This document shows positions 20,601-29,894 of a stretch of DNA of 64,000 bases, piece after piece. Both the position numbers and the translations under genes were made by a program. The stretch lies in IMG/VR virus record IMGVR_UViG_3300043448_000837, positions 50,041-114,040 of that record, one strand, 5' to 3'. The notes under the pieces were generated by a model, which did no database searches, was not told the DNA's origin, and worked only from the letters and a program-made list of their open reading frames with translations. This stretch comes from a virus. Every line of letters begins with the position of its first letter. The stretch's first letter is position 1.

Positions 20601-20854
20601 TTCACTAGCTCAAATTTCTTCTTCAGTGCATTGAGAGATTGTTTTCGTGCGCGAATTTGCCCTTTGCACAAACCTTTCGTCTGCTTACGCTTTCCGGAGT
20701 TATGCAGCCAGTTCGGTACTCTTTTCATGCTTCAAGCATAGCTCAAAAGGCGGTCCCCGTAAAGCCGGGAAACCGCCCTAAGAAGGTAGGGGAAACCCTA
20801 CCCGTCGAAAACAGCCTGCAGCGGGCCTCAACCGGTGGCTAGGCCCACCGTCCC

Positions 20855-21097
20855 TCACACAGCGGCAGGCTCCGCAGCGGGCTCCTCGGTGGCCTCAGGG
20901 AGCGTCAGGCCGAAGGCCTCAAGGATGTCAGGGTAACCAGCTTGAACGATCGCACGGAGAAGTCCGTCGTCGTCCATTTGGCTTACAGCAGCTTGGACAG
21001 CTTCGCTGTAAACACGAATCAGCTCGCGCAGGGGAGCGTTTTCACAAACGCGGGAAACGAGAACGTTTACCACGTCGTCACGATTTTCGATAGCCAT
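20855..21097 (-). CDS. hypothetical protein
   Basis: 80-aa ORF. Confidence 0.65.
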   Translation of the reverse strand: MAIENRDDVVNVLVSRVCENAPLRELIRVYSEAVQAAVSQMDDDGLLRAIVQAGYPDILEAFGLTLPEATEEPAAEPAAV

Positions 21098-21152
21098 AGT
21101 ATGTTGTTACTAAGATTGTAAATTGGGTAGTTACGGGGAAGTTCGTAACTAA

Positions 21153-21238
21153 CGGAGAGAACAGGACTCGAACCTGCGAAGGGTTTTATCCCCCGACCGC
21201 TCTCGAAACGGCGTCCTCGACCGAACCGGACTCTCTCC
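21153..21238 (-). tRNA. tRNA-Ser(CGA)
   Basis: Cloverleaf with long V arm, loop TT-CGA-GA. Confidence 0.85.
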
Positions 21239-21242
21239 AAGG

Positions 21243-21324
21243 TGTCCCCTGCCGGACTTGAACCGGCACGACTACTGTCAGCGCATTTTAAGTGCGCCGC
21301 GCCTACCAATTACGCCAAGGGGAC
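21243..21324 (-). tRNA. tRNA-Leu(UAA)
   Basis: Loop CT-TAA-AA. Confidence 0.9.
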
Positions 21325-21328
21325 AAGG

Positions 21329-21401
21329 TGCTCAGTGCGAGGATCGAACTCGCCTGTATCCGATTATGAGTCGGGTGCTTTCACCAGATAGCTAACTGAG
21401 C
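21329..21401 (-). tRNA. tRNA-CAU (Met or Ile2)
   Basis: Loop CT-CAT-AA. Confidence 0.85.
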
Positions 21402-21429
21402 AAAACTTGTGTTGAACTCCGAAAACAGT

Positions 21430-21705
21430 TTAGCTAGAACTCACGAGCCGGTAAATTGGGCCGATTCGGTTTCGGAACATGAGCTCGATCGTTGCAAGTT
21501 CTGGCGACCTTTCAGCTTTCTTGCGAGATTGAGAATCCTTCCAGAAGATTAACGTCTCGACCATTCCCCCAGGGTTGACTGAGTGGGTCTTGCGCAAGAA
21601 GCCACGTTGACGTTGAAGCCAAGGGAGCCAGACTTGATTGTCGGCGGTGATGAAATCTTCTACAAGGTGGGGCGTAACCTGGAATAGCAGACGCTCAATT
21701 TCCAC
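21430..21705 (-). CDS. ABM-like cyanobacterial protein (TIGR03792-like)
   Basis: IERLLFQV...D..VW..WL..Q.GFL.K. Confidence 0.55.
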   Translation of the reverse strand: MEIERLLFQVTPHLVEDFITADNQVWLPWLQRQRGFLRKTHSVNPGGMVETLIFWKDSQSRKKAERSPELATIELMFRNRIGPIYRLVSSS

Positions 21706-21958
21706 GCTTCCACTCCTCCCACTTGTCAACGGGGCACCGCATATTGGCTGACGCAGTCTTCAGCGGCATGAAACAACCGCAAACCTCACAGGTTTGACTG
21801 TCGCTGCGGTAACGGTCGCAGCTTTCACAGATTGCCATCCGCTCTTTCGCCACGGCGCGAGGGGCAATCGTTGGATCCTCGAGAAGTCGCTTCGCCGTGT
21901 CTTTGATCGAGGCTGCGAAACTTCGACGACAACAATCCGGATCGTTCACATCCCCCAT
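21695..21958 (-). CDS. Cys-rich protein (DUF6171-like)
   Basis: ERMAICESC...CEVCGCFM..K.....CP..KW. Confidence 0.6.
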   Translation of the reverse strand: MGDVNDPDCCRRSFAASIKDTAKRLLEDPTIAPRAVAKERMAICESCDRYRSDSQTCEVCGCFMPLKTASANMRCPVDKWEEWKRGN

Positions 21959-22130
21959 GCTTTTCTCCGTTGAGCGTTTTCAGGGTCGCAATTTTTCGCG
22001 TATTCCATTGGAGTAACCATGAGCCATTCCCCCGAGTTTTCTCCAGAAATTAGAGGGAGAGTTTCGTCGTGGGTTAAATTCTCGTATTCGGATCCGTCTC
22101 GCATTCTGACTCGATAAAGAGGTTCACCCA

Positions 22131-22613
22131 TCAGTCCCAATACGAATGAAGTGTGCGAAGATGCGAGAGTATTATACCGTCCTCGACAGAGCGGTAAACT
22201 GAGGGCAGCTTTCCGTGTTGCTTGTAGTATGCCAGCTCAGAAACAACGGCACGAGTCACGGTGCAATCGGCAACCCACTCACGAAACCAGAAACAATCGA
22301 ACTTTTCAATATACCGCCAAGTGGGATCTTCGTGGGTCCACGCTCTGCCATAACCATCGTACTTACTAGAAAGACTCCAGCCCAGATCGTCGCAAATCCA
22401 GGCATCGTAACGCTCAGGGTCGTCGATAGTGAGGACCTGTTTATACTCTTCGGATCCGCCCTTTGCTTGACACCAGACGAAGTCTTCGCCGGGATCGTTT
22501 GAACGACTGCATTTGAAAACGCAGTTGACTATCATGTAGGGGACATTGGGCCACGGTTTAGGCGACTCCGAGGTACGAAAGTCCACCCGAAGGTTTGTGA
22601 TTTGCAAAGCCAT
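22131..22613 (-). CDS. hypothetical protein
   Basis: 160-aa ORF. Confidence 0.65.
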   Translation of the reverse strand: MALQITNLRVDFRTSESPKPWPNVPYMIVNCVFKCSRSNDPGEDFVWCQAKGGSEEYKQVLTIDDPERYDAWICDDLGWSLSSKYDGYGRAWTHEDPTWRYIEKFDCFWFREWVADCTVTRAVVSELAYYKQHGKLPSVYRSVEDGIILSHLRTLHSYWD

Positions 22614-22635
22614 GATTTATCTCTCAGAAGAATAA

Positions 22636-22986
22636 TCAGTCATCGAGTTGCTCCAGTGCGCGGCGGATAAGTGCGAGCTCTTCAGGGCCAAACGTGACAT
22701 AGGCTCCGTCTGTTCCCGCTGGTTTTGCCAATTCCAACGCTTGTTCCTTCAAGCTCGGCGGCTTGGGACGGCGGGCGGCGCGGAGGGCAGGGATGGCCAT
22801 GCCGTCTTCGCCCCAATAGCCCATGCGCTTCATCCATTCAATGACGGCATCCAGCTCCTGGTCGGCACCCCATTGGGCGGCTTTTCTGGCAACGTAGTGT
22901 ACTACCGATTTCTTTTTGTTTGAAGCTTCGTCCATCCACTGGTGCAGCAAGTTTACCGGTGGTGGGGTGATGTTGTAGTCAGTCAT
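22636..22986 (-). CDS. paralogous family A protein
   Basis: ITPPP...AAQWGADQEL...RRPKPPSLKEQAL. Confidence 0.7.
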   Translation of the reverse strand: MTDYNITPPPVNLLHQWMDEASNKKKSVVHYVARKAAQWGADQELDAVIEWMKRMGYWGEDGMAIPALRAARRPKPPSLKEQALELAKPAGTDGAYVTFGPEELALIRRALEQLDD

Positions 22987-23233
22987 TGGAACCCTCGAGA
23001 ATCGCCTTGAAGAAAGCTAGCCGATCGGACGTGTAAGAACCGTCCACACCGTGACGAGCGCAGAACGCCAAAATAGCCTTGGTGGTTTCGCTTGGGTAAG
23101 GACTGGCGAAAGGACCGTACTCGATGTGATCGAGGAACTCTTGGCGCATGATTTTGCGCAGAGTTGCGATGTCGTCTTGATCCACGGTGATGGATCGTTC
23201 GCGCGGAGCGTAGCCGTAAAAGGTAATTTGCAT
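22979..23233 (-). CDS. hypothetical protein
   Basis: Coupled ORF. Confidence 0.55.
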   Translation of the reverse strand: MQITFYGYAPRERSITVDQDDIATLRKIMRQEFLDHIEYGPFASPYPSETTKAILAFCARHGVDGSYTSDRLAFFKAILEGSND

Positions 23234-23264
23234 TGCGGTAGAAAGTGATGTGGACGCAGTTGGG

Positions 23265-23672
23265 TCACTTGTTCATTTGCAGAGTAGGAACAGGCATTCC
23301 ACCTTCAGTGGGAACGTAGATGGTTACGTTACCTTTGTTGGAACCTTCTTCCAGTCCAGTGATGTACAGATACTGGAGGTACTCGCGATTGTCCTTCAGA
23401 GAATCGCCAATGATCTGGTTTGCCTTGGCAACACCAGAAGCACGGATGATTTCGGCATCAGCAAGTTGTTGTGCAGAATCTTTCTTTGCTTGTGCTTCCA
23501 GAACTGCTACCTGGCGAGTGTATTCTGCCTTCTGAAGTTCTGCCTTACCGGCAAGAGATTGTTGCCACACATTATATTGTGGACCACCAATGAATACGAT
23601 GGCAGCAAATACACCTACACCAAGCAAAATAGCAGCAACGGTGGGGTCAATAAATCCGTTTTGAGTTTTCAT
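23265..23672 (-). CDS. membrane-anchored SPFH/band-7-like protein
   Basis: TM helix, coiled coil, YLQYLYI...YVPTEGGMP. Confidence 0.65.
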   Translation of the reverse strand: MKTQNGFIDPTVAAILLGVGVFAAIVFIGGPQYNVWQQSLAGKAELQKAEYTRQVAVLEAQAKKDSAQQLADAEIIRASGVAKANQIIGDSLKDNREYLQYLYITGLEEGSNKGNVTIYVPTEGGMPVPTLQMNK

Positions 23673-23675
23673 GGT

Positions 23676-24806
23676 TTAGTGAGTAATAACGACAAGTTTT
23701 TCTTGGGGAATCAGACTCAGAATCTCATTCATCGTGGTAGATTCTTTCTCACCCAGAAACTCTTTACAAATTTCCCCATAGTTTAGTCCAAATTCGTGAG
23801 TGAATACAGGACGACCCAGTGACTTCTCAACTGCTTCGTGAAAGACATCGAAGGGGCAACAAAGTTCTTTTGTGAAAAGTTGAAATTCAGCAATTTCACG
23901 ATAAGACTTTTCTTTCCACCACTCAGTATCATACAATGCAATTGCCTTTTCCGCACCAATAGAATTTTTAGGAGACATATTTTCAGATTGCCTCCGTAAC
24001 GATCTTGGCACCCTTGAACTTAGAGCGAGCACCTTTGTTCTTGGTGTCAACGCCGGTCACCACCGCAACTTGCGGCGTGGCGGAACCAGTGTGCAGCAGA
24101 ATATCACCTTTCTTCAGAACATCGGGAGTGCCGATGTAATGGATTTCCTTGCCATTGATAGAGGCGCTGAAGGTGTAAGGCACAACTTCTTCCAGTTGGT
24201 CCTTATCCAGAACGTGGATGGCACCGGTGGTCTTTTCCTCAATCAGATACTTGTTCTGACTGTTGGTACCGATGTGAACGCCGTATGCGGTTTTGCCGTC
24301 AACAGTGAAGGAGTACAGGTTTTTGGTGTCAGTCATTTCAGTTTCTTGTTCGTAGGGTTTCAGGTCGATGCCGTAGGCATAGAAGGTTTGGCGAGAGTCT
24401 TGGTAGACGCACTTGTAGTAACCTTGCATATTGGCTTCTTGACGCCAAACTACTTCTGCGGGTTTTTTGCCGTTGGACTTGGTGACGAGGTCACCGATTT
24501 GAAATTTCATGGTGGTCACAGGTTTTCAACTTCGTAAAGGAGGACTTCAACTTCTTCCTCAGATAGATGCCCAAGAACATCATCAGTGATAGGAGTATCA
24601 TAGCAGATATTCCAATCATCTTCAATTCCTTTGATGACTGCTACCTCATACATTCCTTCATCAGCACCATATGAACCGCCAAATCCAAAAGGACTTGTAA
24701 AACGGACAACACTTACACCATATCCATTATCAAAGAATTGACGGGCAGCAATACCACGATCAGGATAGTTAGTGTGGGGTTGAAAATTAAGATCCGAAAA
24801 TTTCAT
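23676..24806 (-). other. three hypothetical ORFs (23676-23978, 23983-24510, 24516-24806)
   Basis: Minus-strand ORFs in tandem. Confidence 0.6.
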
Positions 24807-24864
24807 GTCGATTTATCTTGGGAAAATTTGTTGTTTCGAAGAACGGGGGGCCGAAGCCCCAGGC

Positions 24865-25698
24865 TCAGACCGCAGCGAGTTCGGTCAGCACGCGCATCGC
24901 ACGCTGGTTGATGCGAGAACCTTGCCCAAAGTTGGCGTAGTTGAAGCGACCAGCGGCAGACTTCCGCGAGTAGTTGGAAGCGTATTCGGTCACAGCGTTG
25001 AACGCATCGTAGAAGGTGCGACCTTCGTTACCGCGACCCGTGTAGAACAGGCCGTTCAGTTGGGTCACAAAGGAGTCACGCATGGTGTCAACATCTTTCT
25101 GGTAGATCGCCTCCAGAGCGTTACGGAACTGCGCCTGAGAGCAAGGCGTAACGGCCAGCTTATCCACGTACTCGGCGTATTTCTTCATCGCACCGTTGAC
25201 GTAGTCAACCACAGCGGTGGATTCAAGCACACGCTCGTTCACACCAGCCTGGTGGCGGTACTTCTCGCTCAGGTCAGAGTAGGCCATTGCGAAGGTGTTA
25301 CCGCAGATGACGCGAGTGGCCGAAGGGCCGATTGCAACGCTGGCGTTACCAACGTGGCCGTTCAGAAGGGTGATGTAAGCCTTGTAGTTCTCGCCGATGA
25401 CTTTGAACTCTTGGTTAACTTGGGCTTGGGCGAAGACCCGAGCACCGTTGTTCAGGTAACCCATGTTCTCAACGGAGAGCAAACCTTCTTCAACCATGGG
25501 GTTGATCAGTTTCAGAAGGTCGCTGTTTTGAACCGTCTCGTAATTGGGGGACACGGAGCCAAGGCACTTACCGTTGTCATCGCGGACGACGGCAACCTTC
25601 TCGTCCCACTTGATGGGCTGACCGTCGTTCCCGGTGAAGAACAGGGGACGGTGAGACACGGTCCAGTCGAGGTTGTTGGTGACAGCAAAAGCAGGCAT
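24865..25698 (-). CDS. DUF932 (LGT_TIGR03299-like) protein
   Basis: LDWTV, YETVQN, LLNGH, RVICGNT, AFNAVTEY. Confidence 0.85.
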   Translation of the reverse strand: MPAFAVTNNLDWTVSHRPLFFTGNDGQPIKWDEKVAVVRDDNGKCLGSVSPNYETVQNSDLLKLINPMVEEGLLSVENMGYLNNGARVFAQAQVNQEFKVIGENYKAYITLLNGHVGNASVAIGPSATRVICGNTFAMAYSDLSEKYRHQAGVNERVLESTAVVDYVNGAMKKYAEYVDKLAVTPCSQAQFRNALEAIYQKDVDTMRDSFVTQLNGLFYTGRGNEGRTFYDAFNAVTEYASNYSRKSAAGRFNYANFGQGSRINQRAMRVLTELAAV

Positions 25699-25728
25699 GT
25701 TGTTTTCGGAAGTTGTTTGAACTGTAAG

Positions 25729-25796
25729 TATTATAGCGGGTTTTGGGACGGAAGTAAAGCGGGTAAACCGCCCCGGCAAGGTACGGTTAACCGCCC
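25729..25796 (-). promoter_or_regulatory. Early promoter cassette, copy (leadered)
   Basis: TTTACT-N17-TATAAT. Confidence 0.8.
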
Positions 25797-26379
25797 TCAG
25801 CGCACGCAGTAGTCGCGCGAGCGAGTCCAGCCGATGGGGCAGGTTTCTCCACCATTGTAGAAAACTTGGGTGTTACCTTCAGGAACGCAGGCACCACCGG
25901 ACGCAAACGTTCGGATTGGGCAGCTGCCAAATTTCTGCACAGGAATGCTCTGTGCCAGGACAACTTGGCCGAAGATCACAGAGCTGAGGCAAAACAGAAA
26001 CGGTTTCATTCTGAGAGATTCAGGTCGTTTACGAACAGAAAAGAAAGACCAGCGTCGCAAGCGTCCGCCATGAAAAGACCTTCGTGGCGAAGCAGTTCCG
26101 CATCAGCATGGTTTCCTTGTTTATAGAGGAACTCAACCTGATCAGCCATGTCTTCAAGACGACTCGCAACGAGCGTCTGAAGTTCAATTCCGCGCATATT
26201 TTCGAATTCCTCGATGAAATAAGAGTGTTCGGTGTGGTTCACAGGTACTTGAGCTCCAGGGCTTGAATGATCGGCTCAATCTCACGAGCAGTGTAAGCAG
26301 TGGCGCTGTAAACACCGTCAACGTAAATGTCGTATCGGGGGCCGAGGTGGGTACGGCGAACCTTGGTAGTGATCTTCAT
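25797..26379 (-). other. three small ORFs (25797-26009 secreted Cys-rich; 26006-26242; 26239-26379 leaderless)
   Basis: Coupled ORFs after a cassette. Confidence 0.55.
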
Positions 26380-26452
26380 GTTATAACTATAGCTGGTTTT
26401 GGCACGGGAGTAAAGGGGGTAAACCGCCCTGGCGTGGGCGGGTAACCGCCCC
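26380..26452 (-). promoter_or_regulatory. Early promoter cassette, copy
   Basis: TTTACT-N17-TATAGT-N6-ATG. Confidence 0.8.
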
Positions 26453-27245
26453 TCAGGCGTCCCCGAACTCTTTCTTCAGGCGTTCGTACTCCTGGCGACG
26501 ACTGTTTCGAATGAACTCTTCTCTTTTGAGACGAGCGTTAAATTCCTCGTCATTTTCCTCCCTTTGCTTGGTTACCGTAAAGATTGCGGTAACGCAGTCG
26601 TAATATCCTCGCTCGGCTTCCAGTTCCACTTGCGTGAAACCTTGTTCCATCGCTTCCGTCAAATTTGCAATAGCTGTTTGGATGGAACAATAGTCGATGT
26701 CGAGTTGACGAGTCTCGGTAATTTGTTGACGTTTTTGTGCAGTCATTGTTTTGTAATTTTAGGTTTTAGTAAGGGCTTGTTTTTGAGCCTCGATCCAGCG
26801 GCTCTCAAAAAACTCTCTCATCGCGTCGCGAAAGGCGAGGATGGCTTCTTGCTGAGCTTTACTGTGCAGAGAGTCTGCCAAGTAAGTCGCGTGGCGATGA
26901 ACCAAGCTCTCGAAGTCTCTCGCCCCGGCTTCGTACGCCTTTGCGTAGAACTCTTTCAGGTCGGATGTCAGTGAATCGATGGCGTCAGTCATTGTTGTCC
27001 CAGTCAGCAACTGTGGTATAGGTTTCGATAAGAACAAGTGTTTGTCCTAACAATCTGTGGTTTTGATAGTCTGCAAACGCTTCTTCGCGAGTCGGATAAC
27101 CATACGTGTTGAAGACATATTCACCCCAACTGGTTTGGGGGTCTAGCAGATGCCCCTCTTTAGAGAGAAGCTTCCAGCAGTAGCTGATTTCGACTTTTGT
27201 TTTCATTTTGCGGGGTTCATAAACAACAAGTGGCATTGTGATCAA
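26453..27245 (-). other. three hypothetical ORFs (26453-26746, 26759-26992, 26985-27245)
   Basis: Coupled minus-strand ORFs. Confidence 0.55.
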
Positions 27246-27955
27246 GCTCGAATTTCAACGAGTTCCTTCCGGTGGCAGTCCCAGAGGACCAGGGCAGGCG
27301 ACTCTTCGCAGAACCACGACCGCTTGACCCCACCGCAACCGGCATCGAGCACCAAAGAATTTTCGGTTGAACAAACCACGTGGTAGTGTCCGGCGACGCG
27401 CACCCAGGGCCGCTCGCTGGCGTGCTCCCACCAGAATACACGACCTTTCCCTTCTTTACTGTTCGGTCCGTACATCATCAGGCTCTTCGCCTTCTTCGGC
27501 ACGTCAAATACCATGTGAAACAGCGGGTATTCAGGCACTTCGAGCCAGGAAGGGAAGTATGCGTGTGAGCATCTGTACTCCTGGTTTGAATCATCGCGAA
27601 AACAGAAGCCGTAAGGCATCGTTTCCAGCCACTGGCCCACCTCCGACAGCGGAATCTCAGCCGCCGCGAAATCCTCAATCGTGCGAGCCAACTCAGGCGA
27701 AACGTGAACGTTATTTCCGCGAATGTATCGCTCCAGCTTGTCCTGGTGGTTGGAACGCAGAACAATCGCACCCAGTTCTTTCTGAGCTTGCTTCAGCAGC
27801 TGGTACACACCAGCGGAATCGCTGAAGTCGCAGCGGGAGTCAAACACATCGCCCAGAATTACGGGAATCAGAGCGTTGGTTTGGCAGTATGCGAGCGCCT
27901 CCCACAGAGGGCGATACTGCGAGTGAATATCGCCGATCAGAGCGTAGCTACGCAT
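27242..27955 (-). CDS. Metallophosphoesterase
   Basis: GDIHS, GDVFD, SNHQ, GHYH, LDAGC. Confidence 0.8.
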   Translation of the reverse strand: MRSYALIGDIHSQYRPLWEALAYCQTNALIPVILGDVFDSRCDFSDSAGVYQLLKQAQKELGAIVLRSNHQDKLERYIRGNNVHVSPELARTIEDFAAAEIPLSEVGQWLETMPYGFCFRDDSNQEYRCSHAYFPSWLEVPEYPLFHMVFDVPKKAKSLMMYGPNSKEGKGRVFWWEHASERPWVRVAGHYHVVCSTENSLVLDAGCGGVKRSWFCEESPALVLWDCHRKELVEIRA

Positions 27956-27957
27956 GT

Positions 27958-28167
27958 CTAGCCCACCTCCACTTCTTTGATCTTGTAGTAATCGTATTCT
28001 CTCAAGTCGCCATCGCAATCTACGAAAGAACCGTCTTTCAACGATTCCCCATAGTTCTTCGCATCTTCCTTATTCATGAAGACCGACACCGAGTATTCTA
28101 CATCCTCACCCTCGTAGTCCATGCCACCGCAAACCACGTAAACCACCATCCCTTTCTTCATTTCCAT
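27958..28167 (-). CDS. hypothetical early protein (leaderless)
   Basis: ATG 6 nt after TATACT. Confidence 0.6.
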   Translation of the reverse strand: MEMKKGMVVYVVCGGMDYEGEDVEYSVSVFMNKEDAKNYGESLKDGSFVDCDGDLREYDYYKIKEVEVG

Positions 28168-28240
28168 ACCTTTAGTATAGCTCATCCTGCCGGTTTTCGA
28201 AAGGGGGGCAAACCGCCCTCCCAGGTACGGTTAACCGCCC
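28168..28240 (-). promoter_or_regulatory. Early promoter cassette, copy
   Basis: TTTCGA-N17-TATACT-N6-ATG. Confidence 0.85.
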
Positions 28241-29332
28241 TCACAGGCCCAGCAAGGCGTCCAGCTGCTTGGGCTTCATTTTCCCCACGAATTCCATGAA
28301 GTTCGCGTACTTGCCGGCACGAATGCCGAACATTGCACCGGAAACATTCGGGTGGTTTTCGAGGACAATGCCCGCAAATTCCTTCTGGGAGTAACCTTCG
28401 TACAGTCGCACGAAGCCCTCAACCATGAACCCGATATCGCCGATACGATCGCGCAAAGCGTTGAACTCTGCGGAATAGTCGGGGAAGTGCAGCAGGAACT
28501 CGTCCAGATCGTCGTTCAGGTACAGCTCGGAGAAGTCAGGATCCCCGTTACCGCGAACGCGATGCAACTGAACGTAAACGTCGGACTTGACCTTGATTCG
28601 GTTACCGTTCGCGTCGCAAACGATGAAGCCTTCGTGGTCGGCACCGCGAGCGTTGACTGCGTCAACGATGTTGTCAGCACCGAAATTGAAGGACTCAGCC
28701 ACCCAGAATACGCGGGAGAAATCACCCAGCGGCAACTCTACGAAATCGTTCGCACGATCCCGCACTGCCAGCAGCCGTAACATCGGCTCGTCGTACTTCA
28801 CAACGATCCGGTTCTCGGCAGCGCACAACTCAAACACGTAGCAGTAATTCGGGTTCAGATCGAAAGCGTTATAGCGCATGTACCGGAAGGTATCCCAGAA
28901 CAGCTCTTCAAACGACATACCGGAATCACCAACGCTGCCAGCACCGCCGACAGAACCGGAGGTAGAAACAACCCACTGCACACCGTTCCAGAACAGTTTA
29001 ATCAGCGAGCCATCATACTTCTCGTATACGTTCGCGGAGGACCAATCAATCTCATCAGCTTCAGCTTCGCCCAGGTTGAAGAAACGGTCGAAAGCGTAAG
29101 CAACCAGGCGAAAGTACGGCGAATGATCACCGTCGTTATCCACTCGCTCTACGACGGCACCACGGCAAGCACGTACGATCGGGTTACCCTTGTCGGTACC
29201 AATTACTCCGTACTTCAGGTTGAACAAACCAGGGAAACGGTCGTCCGTAGAAACGCGGATGTCCAGGTCCGCCAGGGGACCCAGCCCATAGTCGTTCAGC
29301 CAGTTGATCAGGTTGTTTCGCAAGTTATCCAT
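28241..29332 (-). CDS. RNA ligase, T4 Rnl1-like (leaderless)
   Basis: CRG, RFFN, EKYDGS (motif I), FEL, NRIVV, EGFIV, IKVK. Confidence 0.9.
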   Translation of the reverse strand: MDNLRNNLINWLNDYGLGPLADLDIRVSTDDRFPGLFNLKYGVIGTDKGNPIVRACRGAVVERVDNDGDHSPYFRLVAYAFDRFFNLGEAEADEIDWSSANVYEKYDGSLIKLFWNGVQWVVSTSGSVGGAGSVGDSGMSFEELFWDTFRYMRYNAFDLNPNYCYVFELCAAENRIVVKYDEPMLRLLAVRDRANDFVELPLGDFSRVFWVAESFNFGADNIVDAVNARGADHEGFIVCDANGNRIKVKSDVYVQLHRVRGNGDPDFSELYLNDDLDEFLLHFPDYSAEFNALRDRIGDIGFMVEGFVRLYEGYSQKEFAGIVLENHPNVSGAMFGIRAGKYANFMEFVGKMKPKQLDALLGL

Positions 29333-29403
29333 GCTATAAGCATAGCGCTTTTTGGCCCAGGGGTAAAGGGGGTAAACCGCCCTCCCAGGTACGGTTAACC
29401 GTC
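29333..29403 (-). promoter_or_regulatory. Early promoter cassette, copy
   Basis: TTTACC-N17-TATGCT-N6-ATG. Confidence 0.85.
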
Positions 29404-29580
29404 CACTTTCTCTTTCTTGAGCTCTTCCAACGTTCTTTCAATTGAAACCAAACGATTTCCGATTTGCATCAAAAGGTCGGTTAAACCCTCGATCTCTTCG
29501 TGAATATCCTGATGGTGAAACCGCAAGGGTTTCTGAATAATTTTTCTGAGCTTTGCTTTTTTCATTTTACAGAAAAAACA

Positions 29581-29652
29581 TACTCCCAGCCAGATTTGAA
29601 CTGACGACATCCCACTTGTAAGGAGGGCGCTCTACCGCTGAGCTATAGGAGC
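29581..29652 (-). tRNA. tRNA-Val(UAC)
   Basis: Loop CT-TAC-AA. Confidence 0.88.
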
Positions 29653-29724
29653 TGGCGGCCCTTTTGTTGACGGAGTGAAGCCGAACTCCGAGGGTACTTG
29701 CAAGTTTGGACCTTACTTTCCCCG

Positions 29725-29799
29725 ATCCGCCGTGCGGGAATCGAACCCGCTATCGATCTCCCTTGTCGGGGTGTCATTGCCATTTAGACTACCGACGGA
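29725..29799 (-). ncRNA. tRNA-like RNA with shrunken anticodon arm
   Basis: Acceptor tccgtcg/cggcgga, D arm and perfect T arm gcgggTTCGATTcccgc; anticodon arm only ccc-cgacaa-ggg. Confidence 0.6.
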
Positions 29800-29894
29800 A
29801 GGAGCCGCTTACGGCGGCAAGTCGTCACACGGAAGGGGATTTACCACCTCGAAAGGGGGTGGAACCACCCCGGAAAGGGGTGGAAGCGACTAGC

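Noticed and set aside
4093-29403. Promoter cassette as CRISPR repeat or integron attC site
   Set aside because: Spacing is gene-sized and irregular, there is no RYYYAAC/GTTRRRY inverted pair, no cas or integrase gene is present, and -35/-10 boxes are clear.
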